Of a stretch of 32,000 nt of DNA, positions 15,157 through 23,959 are shown one piece after another. The number at the start of each line of letters is the position of its first letter. Position 1 is the stretch's first letter. Both the position numbers and the translations under genes were made by a program. Below the pieces are notes generated by a model. That model was not told where the DNA came from, made no database searches, and saw nothing but the letters and a program-made list of their open reading frames with translations. This stretch comes from Candidatus Kuenenia stuttgartensis (GTDB lineage: Bacteria; Planctomycetota; Brocadiia; Brocadiales; Brocadiaceae): contig NZ_LT934425.1 in the NCBI RefSeq assembly GCF_900232105.1, positions 4,350,001 to 4,382,000 of the forward strand, in the 5' to 3' direction.

Positions 15157-16718
15157 TCATCCTTTCGCAAACGCCTCCCGTAAAACCGACTGCATCAGCA
15201 TTTCGGACTGTTCTTTGCGTTCGGATACTTGTTTTTCTAATTCACCAATCATGGCCATGAGTTTATCCACACGTTCAACAATGGCTTGTTGTTCAGCAAG
15301 TGGCGATAGAGAAACTATCAAATTTGAAAGAGATGTGCCATTAACATTTGGCTGTCCCGCGCCCCATGCCGCATCATACAACTGCTCCCAATATTCAGGA
15401 CTTTCAAGAAAATACTTTAGATACTCAGGGAAAATATTTTTTGAAGGAATAACCCTAATCAAATACGAAGCAAACAAAGACCTGACAGGGATATCTTTGA
15501 TAAGAAATGATTTCCCAATTGTGCCGCCTGTTCTCGCGATAACAATATCGTTTTCTGATAATATAGTCAAATAAATCTATTTTTCTAAAAACATTACAGG
15601 TAGGGGCGAAGCATTTGCCTGCATATAAGAGAGAGACGTAAAATGTTGTACATGCGCCAACTCCGCTATGTTGAAGGAGTTATACTGTACGCAGGCAAAT
15701 GCTTCGCCCCCACTTTTCAAAAAGCCAGATTACCGCTAAGTTTCTAAAACCAGATTTGTTTGACTATAGATAACTTTTTATGTCTCTTTCCGAATACGCA
15801 CAACCCGGTACTCCGTCCCAATCAACTCTGTTGTTTTGAATATCCGTTATCCTTAAAAGCCTCACGTCCTTCTTCTCCGGTCTTGCGGAAGCATTAAATC
15901 CATAGTGAACATTTAAGCTTACATCCTTCAGCCGACACCCACACCCACCCCTCAGGCAGGTCAAACGGTTTTTCTTCTTCACTGATGGGCGGCAGTGCTT
16001 TTTTCTTCTTCATGCTCTTTGTGAGCTTTGTTAGACGCCCTTTTTCGACCTTAATCTTCTCAAGCAGTTTCGAGGCGTGATTCTCTCCGCTGATAAGATC
16101 GGGATGCTGTTTGCGCCATTTAGCCGTCAGCTTGCCTTCGATTGCTTCCTGTAATATTCTTCGGCGGAGTTGTTTGATGAGAGAGATTTGGTGGGCTGAT
16201 TCTAAGTCTTGATCTGCTGAAAGTTCTGATATTGTTTTCAGTTTTTGGCAAATTCTACTTTGTGTCAGAATACCATATTGTGGAATTTTAAAATTTAAAA
16301 AATCCTTTTCTTTAAATCTTTTTCGGCTAACACTCGACATGCCACCACTAAGATTATTTATAGCTGTAATATTTTCGGGCAAAAGTATGCCACTAAGAAG
16401 GAATTCAGGAAGCAATTTACTCTCAACACAAGTAAAAAGTGGAAATTCATTTGATACCAGACAGCCATCAAATTCATCTGGAATAACTGCAAAAGAACTT
16501 TTCCATGCAAAAAGACGATTGTAGATAAAATCTCTCTGTTTAACTTCATATAGCTTAGTTGCTTTTATTTCATTTCCATATTTTTCCTCTCGCAGAAAAA
16601 CACCTTTTCCATACCACTTTACTCCAAGAAGCCTGTATTTTGTATTTGGATCCAGTCTTTTCTCTCGTGAGACCTCTTTTAAAACGTCTCCAATCCTTAC
16701 CATATTCCACTCACCCAT
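15157..16718 (-). pseudogene. hsdS: Type I restriction-modification specificity subunit HsdS, disrupted by a 1-nt frameshift (~15935) and a MITE insertion (15564-15766)
   Basis: Three consecutive ORF pieces cover it: 16718..15894, 15982..15764 and 15570..15157. HsdS hallmarks include MGEWNMVRIGDV.., the central coiled coil ..LIKQLRRRILQEAIEGKL.., LPEGWVWV(R)LKDV.., ..NDIVIARTGGTIGKS.., ..PLAEQQAIVERVDKLM.. and ..SVLREAFAKG*. The start overlaps the rhuM stop (ATGGGTGA). Confidence 0.85.
15564..15766. mobile_element. 203-bp MITE with TA target-site duplication, inserted in hsdS
   Basis: Terminal IRs are TAGTCAAATAAATC (15564-) and GATTTGTTTGACTA (-15766). TA lies at 15562-15563 and 15767-15768. 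There is an internal 23-nt IR: GTAGGGGCGAAGCATTTGCCTGC (15600-15622) paired with 15691-15712. Deleting the element plus one TA gives ..DIKSYLLSENDIVIARTGG.., in frame. Confidence 0.8.
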
Positions 16719-17739
16719 CTTCCCGCCTCTTTTTCTTCTGGATGCGTTTAGTTGCTTTCTGCTCAATCGCTTTTGTCGCACGATCAAAATCAGAAATATA
16801 GTCTTTGTCTCGGTCTTTTTTGTACTTTTTAAATTCGCTTTCAGCCTTTTCAATTGCCTGCTCAGCGCTCACTTTACCGGCATGGGTAAGGAGTTCGTGT
16901 TCACTCAGTTTCAAAAACTGGTCAAGTTTCTCTATCCAGTCATTCATCTTCATCAGCCTGCCGTTGGTTGCCTGCAATTCTGCAAAGTCAAGATACAAAG
17001 ACACGATAAGATTTAAGCGTTTTAACTCATCTTCATTGAGATAGTTTTTTGCAATCTTTATATCCTGTGCGGTAATGTAATTCCCTTTAAAATTGGTTAG
17101 ACCCATAAGGGGTTTTGTGCTGTCTGCCCGCCTGTCGATAATCTCCGCCGCGGTGTGGCCATGAACAGCATAGTGCATCTTGTTTTGTACAGTAGCAAAA
17201 AATTCCGCAGTCAGTTTGTCATCTTTTCTATAATCAATGCTGGTGGCATAAATATCGGTTACTTTCTGATAAAAGTTTCGCTCGCTGCTACGAATATCGC
17301 GAATGCGCTGTAAAAGTTCCTGAAAATATCGCGCCTTTTCACCACCTTGTTTTAATCGTTCATCATCCAGAGCAAAACCTTTAATAATGTATTCTTTCAG
17401 CCGCTGTGTGGCCCAAATACGAAATTGTGTTCCTCGTCGCGACTTAACCCGGTATCCAACCGAAATAATGACATCAAGATTATAATGCTTCACAACATAT
17501 TCTTTACCGTCTGTGCCAGTTCGTCGGAATTCCCGACATACTGATTTTTCATCAAGTTCCCCTTCATTAAAAACATTATGTATATGTTCAGTAATGGTTG
17601 ACCGGCCTTTAGCAAAGAGTTCTGCCATCTGATCTTGTGTAAGCCAGACTGTTTCATCCTCCATTTTTACCTGAATCTTTGTCTGTCCGTCTTCGGTCTG
17701 ATAAATAATAAGCTGGGATTTATTTTGTGCGTTATCCAT
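16711..17739 (-). CDS. rhuM: RhuM-family protein (Fic/DOC-related; commonly embedded in type I RM loci), 342 aa
   Basis: IIYQTEDGQTKIQVKMEDETVWLTQDQMAELF..TITEHI.NVF..GEL..SVCREFR.T..DGK.Y.VKHYNLD.IISVGYRVKS..GTQFRIWAT is the RhuM signature. The ORF is intact and overlaps both neighbours by 8 nt. Confidence 0.85.
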   Translation of the reverse strand: MDNAQNKSQLIIYQTEDGQTKIQVKMEDETVWLTQDQMAELFAKGRSTITEHIHNVFNEGELDEKSVCREFRRTGTDGKEYVVKHYNLDVIISVGYRVKSRRGTQFRIWATQRLKEYIIKGFALDDERLKQGGEKARYFQELLQRIRDIRSSERNFYQKVTDIYATSIDYRKDDKLTAEFFATVQNKMHYAVHGHTAAEIIDRRADSTKPLMGLTNFKGNYITAQDIKIAKNYLNEDELKRLNLIVSLYLDFAELQATNGRLMKMNDWIEKLDQFLKLSEHELLTHAGKVSAEQAIEKAESEFKKYKKDRDKDYISDFDRATKAIEQKATKRIQKKKRREDG

Positions 17740-18340
17740 TCTCCAACTCCTTTCTTAATTGTTGAAGAAGCTCGTCGCTTTTACGAAATGATTCATGTAG
17801 CATCGTTACCAGTTCCGCACTTGAATACACGTGTTTTTCCTCTAAAATATGCGGATTTTTAATGTCGAGGTTATAGTCATTCGCAGCAATCGTATCTATA
17901 GATACCTTCCATGCCTGCTCATTTTCTTTGTGTTTCTTCCACCACTTCTTAAGCCCATCAAACTCGCTTTTCTGAATCGGCTTCGTCTTGCTGTATGTCT
18001 TAATACCTTCGGGCAGTTTATGTTCCCAATACCAGATTTCTAGAGACTGAGCCCGCTCGTTTAACACCGAAACATCCACTCCGGCCACATATATTTTCTG
18101 CCTGGAGTCGGATACTATTTCACCGCCTTGTATGATTGCCGGTTGTGTGGGATATTCAGCCGTTATTTCTTCTTCAAAATCCACAGGCTGGCCGGTTTCA
18201 GGGTCAATGACATCCTGGTCTTCTTCGGGATGAATATCCTGATCCGTTAATTCTTTTTCGCCTTTAACCTCTCTGATCATGACGGGGTAGCCGTCAAAAG
18301 CGGGGTCAGCGAAAAGGTCTGTCACATTGCGGAAGTCCAT
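17732..18340 (-). pseudogene. Chimeric remnant: internal fragment of an EcoAI/EcoEI-type HsdR fused to the C-terminal ~100 aa of HsdM
   Basis: The N-terminal part (open from ~18385) reads (INEEYGKTYFAI)MDFRNVTDLFADPAFDGYPV..acidic..KIYVAGVDVSV, an HsdR-like F.I.DF....F.DP.FDG.P block. The C-terminal part reads EIWYWEHKLPEGIKTYSKTKPI...EQAWKVSIDTIAANDYNLDIKNPH, the HsdM tail. No MTase catalytic motifs are present. Confidence 0.6.
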
Positions 18341-18486
18341 AATGGCAAAATATGTCTTGCCATACTCTTCATTTATTAATAAGGGTTTCTAAAATAGCAT
18401 CAAGCGTTTGTGCAAGATTCAGGAAACAATAACAATACCCCCCCTGTTTTATACGTTCGGAATAACGAACCATCAGATTTTACGCT

Positions 18487-19503
18487 TCATCTATGGCATG
18501 TGGTGCAGGCAATACCAAAAGCGCTAGGGTGTGGAGCTTCTCCCGCCCGGTTACGCGGATGGCACTCATTACAGTTTCCGGTAAATGGCGGGTGCGGAGA
18601 ATCTATTGCGGATGGGTGTTCGGGATACGAATGGCATACGGTACATGAAACCATTGATATAGGAAAGTGGCAATTTGTGCAATGCCGGTTTCTTGTGTTT
18701 GCTCCACCCCATGATGCCGTATGGTTTAGCGGTTTCGTGTTGGAGTGACACCGTTCACAGAAGTCTTCCAGATGACAAACACTGCATTTCTTTCTCTCCC
18801 ACGATGCAGCAAATCCATGTGTTTTTCTTCTCCATGCATTATTGTGGTTTTTTGGTTTTTGGTCCCTGTGGCAATCGACACACCAGTTGAGGTCAACATG
18901 ACAGCGGTTGCAGTAGTCTTTGTTGTAATAGAATTCATTCCCATGCTTTTGTATCCATCGCGCATCTTCATGTTTTACCCATCTTTCTTCATGATACAGC
19001 GGCATACGATTCTTTTTTATGTGTTTGTGGCAAACATCACAGGCAATGTTTTCTTCACCTCTTTCCTTATGACAGGGGATACAGTTTTTAAACATGTCCG
19101 GAAGTAAATCTACGGTAATTGCATCACTCTTTTCGATACCCTCATGGCATGCCTTGCAGTCCACATTATTTTCCAAATGTGTCTTATGGCTGAATTTCAG
19201 GTCTTTATATTTTTTCGGAACATTGTGCTTTACCTTGATTTTCATCCCGGGTTTTGTATGACAGTAAAGACAGGATGCCGGATTAGTGGTGTCAAATTTC
19301 TTCATATGGCATGAAAGGCACTTTGCCATTTTTGGCCACTTTGGTTCCAAATCTTCTTTGTAATTGTGGCAGATATTGCAATCGCTGAGTCCTCTTTCAA
19401 TGTGTTTGGCGTGGCTATAATGAATGCCGGACTCTTTACAGCCGCTCAAGAAGGCGAGCGAAGACAGCGCCACGATTAAAAACAGATAATATGGTTTTCT
19501 CAT
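18487..19503 (-). CDS. Multihaem c-type cytochrome, 14 CxxCH motifs, predicted lipoprotein (338 aa)
   Basis: I counted 14 CxxCH motifs in the translation, several as paired motifs (CNRCHVDLNWCVDCH, CSVCHLEDFCERCH). The N-terminal signal has the lipobox LSGC. Confidence 0.9.
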   Translation of the reverse strand: MRKPYYLFLIVALSSLAFLSGCKESGIHYSHAKHIERGLSDCNICHNYKEDLEPKWPKMAKCLSCHMKKFDTTNPASCLYCHTKPGMKIKVKHNVPKKYKDLKFSHKTHLENNVDCKACHEGIEKSDAITVDLLPDMFKNCIPCHKERGEENIACDVCHKHIKKNRMPLYHEERWVKHEDARWIQKHGNEFYYNKDYCNRCHVDLNWCVDCHRDQKPKNHNNAWRRKTHGFAASWERKKCSVCHLEDFCERCHSNTKPLNHTASWGGANTRNRHCTNCHFPISMVSCTVCHSYPEHPSAIDSPHPPFTGNCNECHPRNRAGEAPHPSAFGIACTTCHR

Positions 19504-19523
19504 AGTATTTTGTTCTATATTTA

Positions 19524-20918
19524 TTAAAAACTCATGCTGTACGAAAGCAATAACTGATGAAACATTTCAGGATCAGTATCGCTGTTTTCTGTCGTCCATC
19601 GGAAACTGACGTCTGATTTTTCCGTTAACAAATATTTGATTCTCAGAAAGTAGGTCCTTATATTGATCTTTTGCTCAATATCCCGTGTATACTCATTATC
19701 AAGGATTGTCTGCAGGGTATTGCTTCCGTCAAAATTGTATTTATACAAAGAATAACTAGTGCCGCATCCGAGGTCGAACTTGTTTATTTTTTTGTCAAAT
19801 TCAATTCCAACATCTGCACTGTGGTCAACGCCCTTCGCATCCCAGTATTCAACCGTGAAAGTAATCCTGGAATCTTCAAGAAGAATATTATTTGCCGTAA
19901 GGGCGATAAAACTTCTGTAGTAATCGTGATTAAATGAGTTTTCATCATCGTTGTCGAGTACATTCCGGTAATCAAGCCCCCCGGAAATCCCGAATTTTTC
20001 CCCGAGCCCCTTATAGCCGGTGAGACTGAAGAGATCAAATGACTCAAAAGTGCCTAGTATCTGATAGAAAGGGGAAATATCATTGCTCTGTTCCGATAGC
20101 GAATGGAGGAACCGGTAATACGACAATTGCAGACTTGTATCCCAGTCTATTTTGTCCCATGACACTTTTGTGAGAATATCCTTGGGGAGATTGTTTAAGA
20201 GAACGTACCGACCGTAAAAATGCAGGTCTTCATAGAGCCTTTGCCATACGCTGAATCCTATTTCGTCATCATTGCTATGGTCATCATCAACAATACGAAT
20301 ATAATCTAACGAGGCGTGGGTATCGATAAAAGGCCGGAACGCAACGCCGCCTCCGGCAACCGTATCATCATCCGGGCTGCTGTACTGTGACGCCCTTAAC
20401 CCGCCGAAAACGTGAGCTTCCACCGGGCCTACCTGCTGTTCGTATTTTGCGCCGTCAAATAAAATATTCTCAACGGAATACTGATATTGGCGGCCTAAGC
20501 GCAGTTGCGATTTTTCGAGGACAGGGTTTTTGATGTCGGCGTAAAAGTAATAGATGCGGCCGTTGACGCTTTTATTATATGTGTCAAGGATGTCCCTGAA
20601 CGTGCCATCCCTTGGTTCATGCCCGTCTAAATCCTCGGATAATCTTCCGGAACCGGAAATAGAAACCTTGTTATTAAAAAAATCTTTCGTTTTAAAGCGC
20701 AGGCGCTGGTACATATCGTGGTCGTCGTCTCCGCCTGCCCAACGGCCTTCGTACTGGGAGCTGAAATTACCTGAAATAAAATTATTATAGGTAAAGCCGC
20801 TTTTCTCTGTCAGCCCCGTAATTAAATTACTATCGGTTACATTTGTTGTCTGGGCGTTAATTTGGGAAGAGAGCGATACTATCAATGCCAGTGCGGCGCC
20901 TGCTGCTTTTAAAAACAA
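19524..20918 (-). CDS. Outer-membrane beta-barrel (porin-like) protein; start uncertain (TTG 20918 preferred; ATG alternatives at 21026 and 21203)
   Basis: From the TTG the N-terminus is MFLKAAGAALALIVSLSSQINA|QT, a canonical signal peptide. Amphipathic strand-like segments alternate throughout, and the C-terminus ends ..LLLSYSMSF (terminal Phe). The stop lies 20 nt upstream of the cytochrome start. Confidence 0.7.
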   Translation of the reverse strand: MFLKAAGAALALIVSLSSQINAQTTNVTDSNLITGLTEKSGFTYNNFISGNFSSQYEGRWAGGDDDHDMYQRLRFKTKDFFNNKVSISGSGRLSEDLDGHEPRDGTFRDILDTYNKSVNGRIYYFYADIKNPVLEKSQLRLGRQYQYSVENILFDGAKYEQQVGPVEAHVFGGLRASQYSSPDDDTVAGGGVAFRPFIDTHASLDYIRIVDDDHSNDDEIGFSVWQRLYEDLHFYGRYVLLNNLPKDILTKVSWDKIDWDTSLQLSYYRFLHSLSEQSNDISPFYQILGTFESFDLFSLTGYKGLGEKFGISGGLDYRNVLDNDDENSFNHDYYRSFIALTANNILLEDSRITFTVEYWDAKGVDHSADVGIEFDKKINKFDLGCGTSYSLYKYNFDGSNTLQTILDNEYTRDIEQKINIRTYFLRIKYLLTEKSDVSFRWTTENSDTDPEMFHQLLLSYSMSF

Positions 20919-21436
20919 GGGTTTAATCTGCTGATTTTTAAAAGGAGTTTTATTCGTATCTAATATGAAAAATGGATTGCAAGAGAGATGATTAATGAAG
21001 CAAAAGAGGCGCAATAAGCATCTCATTTGACTGGCGGTATTTTGTATTTTTATTAAAAACGTGTTTATAACTATTATGGGGAAGCGGATTTTCACTTGGA
21101 GTGACCAAATATTTTTTTTTATTTTCGGTAAGAGTTCGGTAAGAGCATGTTCTTTCCAATACGATAAAAATAAATCATGCATAATGCATTCAGCAGATAT
21201 CAATTGCTATCTTTGCGATGTTTAGTACATTTACAGCAAAAGATACCTTTGTAATAAACGAAACGTTTGCTAAAGTTACATAATGCCGTTTCCGTTTTCA
21301 ACAAAAATCTTGTTTTTGGTTTGTAGATAGTAAACATCTGTTCCTAAAGGAAATAGTATTGCGTTGGTGTTTTTAATACTATAATATCTTTTTTTAAAAA
21401 CCTCTTCATTTGGTAATATTTTAGTTTTTTAAAAAA

Positions 21437-21509
21437 GTAGGGGCGAAGCATTTGCTGTAAATTGTCATAAATACCTTCATATCCAAACGGGCAAATGCTT
21501 CGCCCCTAC
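21437..21509. repeat. Inverted-repeat element related to the hsdS MITE core
   Basis: GTAGGGGCGAAGCATTTGC (21437-21455) pairs perfectly with GCAAATGCTTCGCCCCTAC (21491-21509). The right flank TTTTTCAAAAAACTAAAGTGTTAC resembles 15713-15740 and 26512-26536. Confidence 0.8.
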
Positions 21510-21650
21510 ACTGCGATTATTGGAATTTTTCAAAAAACTAAAGTGTTACTTTTTTGTAAGTTTTTCTGTAACTATTCAGCGTAAACATTACAGTTTGATA
21601 CCAACATCTTCGGGAAACTCCTGTTTCTCAAAATAAAATAAGGCGCTGCA

Positions 21651-22496
21651 ATGAAATTTGGCAAGTTTGAAATCTATCCTGTTTCCGATGGTTGCATTTA
21701 TTTAGACGGCGGCGCTGTTTTTGGCGTAGTGCCAAAAGTCCTTTGGCAAAGAATTCTTCCACCGGACGAAAAAAACAGGGTGCAGTTGTCTTTGCAATGT
21801 CCGTTGGTTGTCGCAAAAAAATATAAAATACTGATCGATACCGGGACGGGTTCAAAACATAACGAAAAATTTTGTCAGATGTACAGGTTAGAAAAAAAGG
21901 CACCACTTTTGGAATCGTTGTGCAGGTTTGGTTATCAGCCCAAGGATATAGATATTGTCATCAATACACATCTTCACTTTGATCATGCGGGAGGGAATAC
22001 TACCATCAATGAAAAGGAGGAAATTGTTCCTACATTCCCAAAAGCAACGTATTTTATTCAGAAAGGAGAGTTAGAGGTGGCCTTAAATCCAAATGAAAGG
22101 ACAAAGGCTAGTTATGTTGCTGAAGACTTTTTGCCAATAGGCGGCACAAAATATCTCCACCTTGTTGACGAAGATGCCGTAGAAGTGGAAAGGGGTATTT
22201 CACTAGTAAAAACAGGCGGGCATACCCGGCATCATCAATGCGTCAAAATTGAATCTGAGGGACAAACAGCGTTCTTTCTGGCTGACCTGATACCCACTGC
22301 AGCCCATTTGAATTATCCGTATATTACAAGTTATGATTTGTTCCCGCTGGAAACACTGGAAAGCAAAAAAAAGATAATAAAGCAGGCCTTTGAAGAACAT
22401 TGGCTTTTGATATTTCAGCACGATCCAAAAATACGAATGGGATATCTTAAAAAAGTGGATGAGAGATTTGAGATTGAAGAGGTCAAGGTCTATTGA
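21651..22496 (+). CDS. MBL-fold metallo-hydrolase (281 aa)
   Basis: HxHxDH motif in VINTHLHFDHAGGN, with later His/Asp ligands (GGHTRHH). Confidence 0.85.
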   Translation: MKFGKFEIYPVSDGCIYLDGGAVFGVVPKVLWQRILPPDEKNRVQLSLQCPLVVAKKYKILIDTGTGSKHNEKFCQMYRLEKKAPLLESLCRFGYQPKDIDIVINTHLHFDHAGGNTTINEKEEIVPTFPKATYFIQKGELEVALNPNERTKASYVAEDFLPIGGTKYLHLVDEDAVEVERGISLVKTGGHTRHHQCVKIESEGQTAFFLADLIPTAAHLNYPYITSYDLFPLETLESKKKIIKQAFEEHWLLIFQHDPKIRMGYLKKVDERFEIEEVKVY

Positions 22497-22520
22497 ATAG
22501 ACCTTGACCTCTTAATTTTT
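22479..22520. terminator. Bidirectional rho-independent terminator between convergent genes
   Basis: A 15-bp perfect stem, GAGGTCAAGGTCTAT (22479-22493) / ATAGACCTTGACCTC (22497-22511), with a 3-nt loop, followed by TTAATTTTT. Confidence 0.7.
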
Positions 22521-22536
22521 ATAATGGATTCTTTTG

Positions 22537-23265
22537 TTAAACCGGCTGAGCGCCCTTTATCTGTTTTCCTTTTACAATACCGTATGCCCCGCAAATAATT
22601 AAATAAAAGCTTAAAGCGGAAGATAGCGCCAACTCCGGCGTGATGATAAAGTAGACAATAGCGGCGGAAAACTCCAAAATAACTGCCTTAATCCCCTGTC
22701 TTTTCCCGATTTTGCAGGTAATGTTAAAAAAGGGGATTTTGCTTATCATTAAAACACCCAATGTGAAAACAATGAACGGTAAAAAATTCACGATAATGTC
22801 TGTTCCAAACCGTGTGTAGATAAAGTGATGGAGTATGCAAAGCTGTGCCACCGTTCCTCCTGCAAGCGTTGATGGCAAACCTGTGAAAAAGTGCCTGGGC
22901 AGTTGTATCGCCTCTTCTTTTTGTGCGTTAAACCTTGCCAGACGATACGCGGTGCACATCATGAAAAACAATCCAAAACCCCATGAAATAACGATAGGAC
23001 TGTTATTGCACATTTTCGTCATAAGGACAGCCGGCGCAATACCAAACGCCACTAAATCTGCCATAGAATCTAATTGCGCCCCGGTTTTGCTCGCGGTATT
23101 CATCAAACGTGCAAGTTTCCCATCAAAACCGTCGAGAATCATGGCAACGATTATAAGCCATGCCGCTATTTCAAGCCTTTGATTTAAAACACACATTATC
23201 GACAGAAAACCGCACATAATATTGCCCATAGTTAATACTGTGGGTAAATATTGTTTTATCTTCAA
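22537..23265 (-). CDS. pssA: CDP-diacylglycerol--serine O-phosphatidyltransferase (CDP-alcohol phosphatidyltransferase family)
   Basis: The motif DGFDGKLARLMNTASKTGAQLDSMADLVAFGIAP matches D-G-x2-A-R-x8-G-x3-D-x3-D. The protein is multi-TM. Confidence 0.85.
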   Translation of the reverse strand: MKIKQYLPTVLTMGNIMCGFLSIMCVLNQRLEIAAWLIIVAMILDGFDGKLARLMNTASKTGAQLDSMADLVAFGIAPAVLMTKMCNNSPIVISWGFGLFFMMCTAYRLARFNAQKEEAIQLPRHFFTGLPSTLAGGTVAQLCILHHFIYTRFGTDIIVNFLPFIVFTLGVLMISKIPFFNITCKIGKRQGIKAVILEFSAAIVYFIITPELALSSALSFYLIICGAYGIVKGKQIKGAQPV

Positions 23266-23959
23266 ATCAAATATCTCCTTTATTTACATTGTTTAAATCC
23301 GCATCCAGCCCGAAGGCTGGACGCTACTTTTTGAAATAATTTCGTTAAACTGTTACGATCAAATATGAATATTCGTTCGCGGTAATTGAGAAAAGCAGAT
23401 TAATAATTTTCAGGCATTACCATAAGGTATCGTAACAGTGTAACAAAACTTATTCCATTCAGAACTAAAAACTCTTAATTGAAAACATATTTTATAAATA
23501 CTTTAAATACAGTTAGTTATAAATTAAATAGAGAACATGTAGTTTGTTGCCGTTACAGGCTTAGATCAAATAAATGCAGTAAATATACTGCATTTACGGT
23601 ATTTTATTACTGCATATGAGATGAGGGTCGAAAATGTAATTGCTCAATAAATTGTGGTGATGGAGCTATTGGTATCTTATCAGTAATTTCTTTTGAATTA
23701 TCCTGTCAGGCAATGCCATGCCCTACCCGATTATCACCAACCACAACTTGTTGAGAAGTTACATTTTTTAGTCTATTTTTTCTTGACACCATTCTTTTAT
23801 TGTGATAATTTGTCTCAAACTCATAACTTTTGAACAGTTAGGTATATTTTATTGACGAGGAAACCGGATACTGTAAAAGATTTATGAAATAATGGGAGAG
23901 AATGCCGATTGGTAAATATCCTTGCTAAATCTTGAAAATAACTTACAGGAGATAACTGA

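Noticed and set aside
20919-21203. N-terminal extension of the OMP ORF (MISAECIMHD... or MRCLLRLF...)
   Set aside because: The extension is hydrophobic and Cys-rich and would place ~95 or ~36 residues ahead of a perfect signal peptide. The TTG at 20918 gives a canonical n-h-c signal. The ATG starts are kept as alternatives only.
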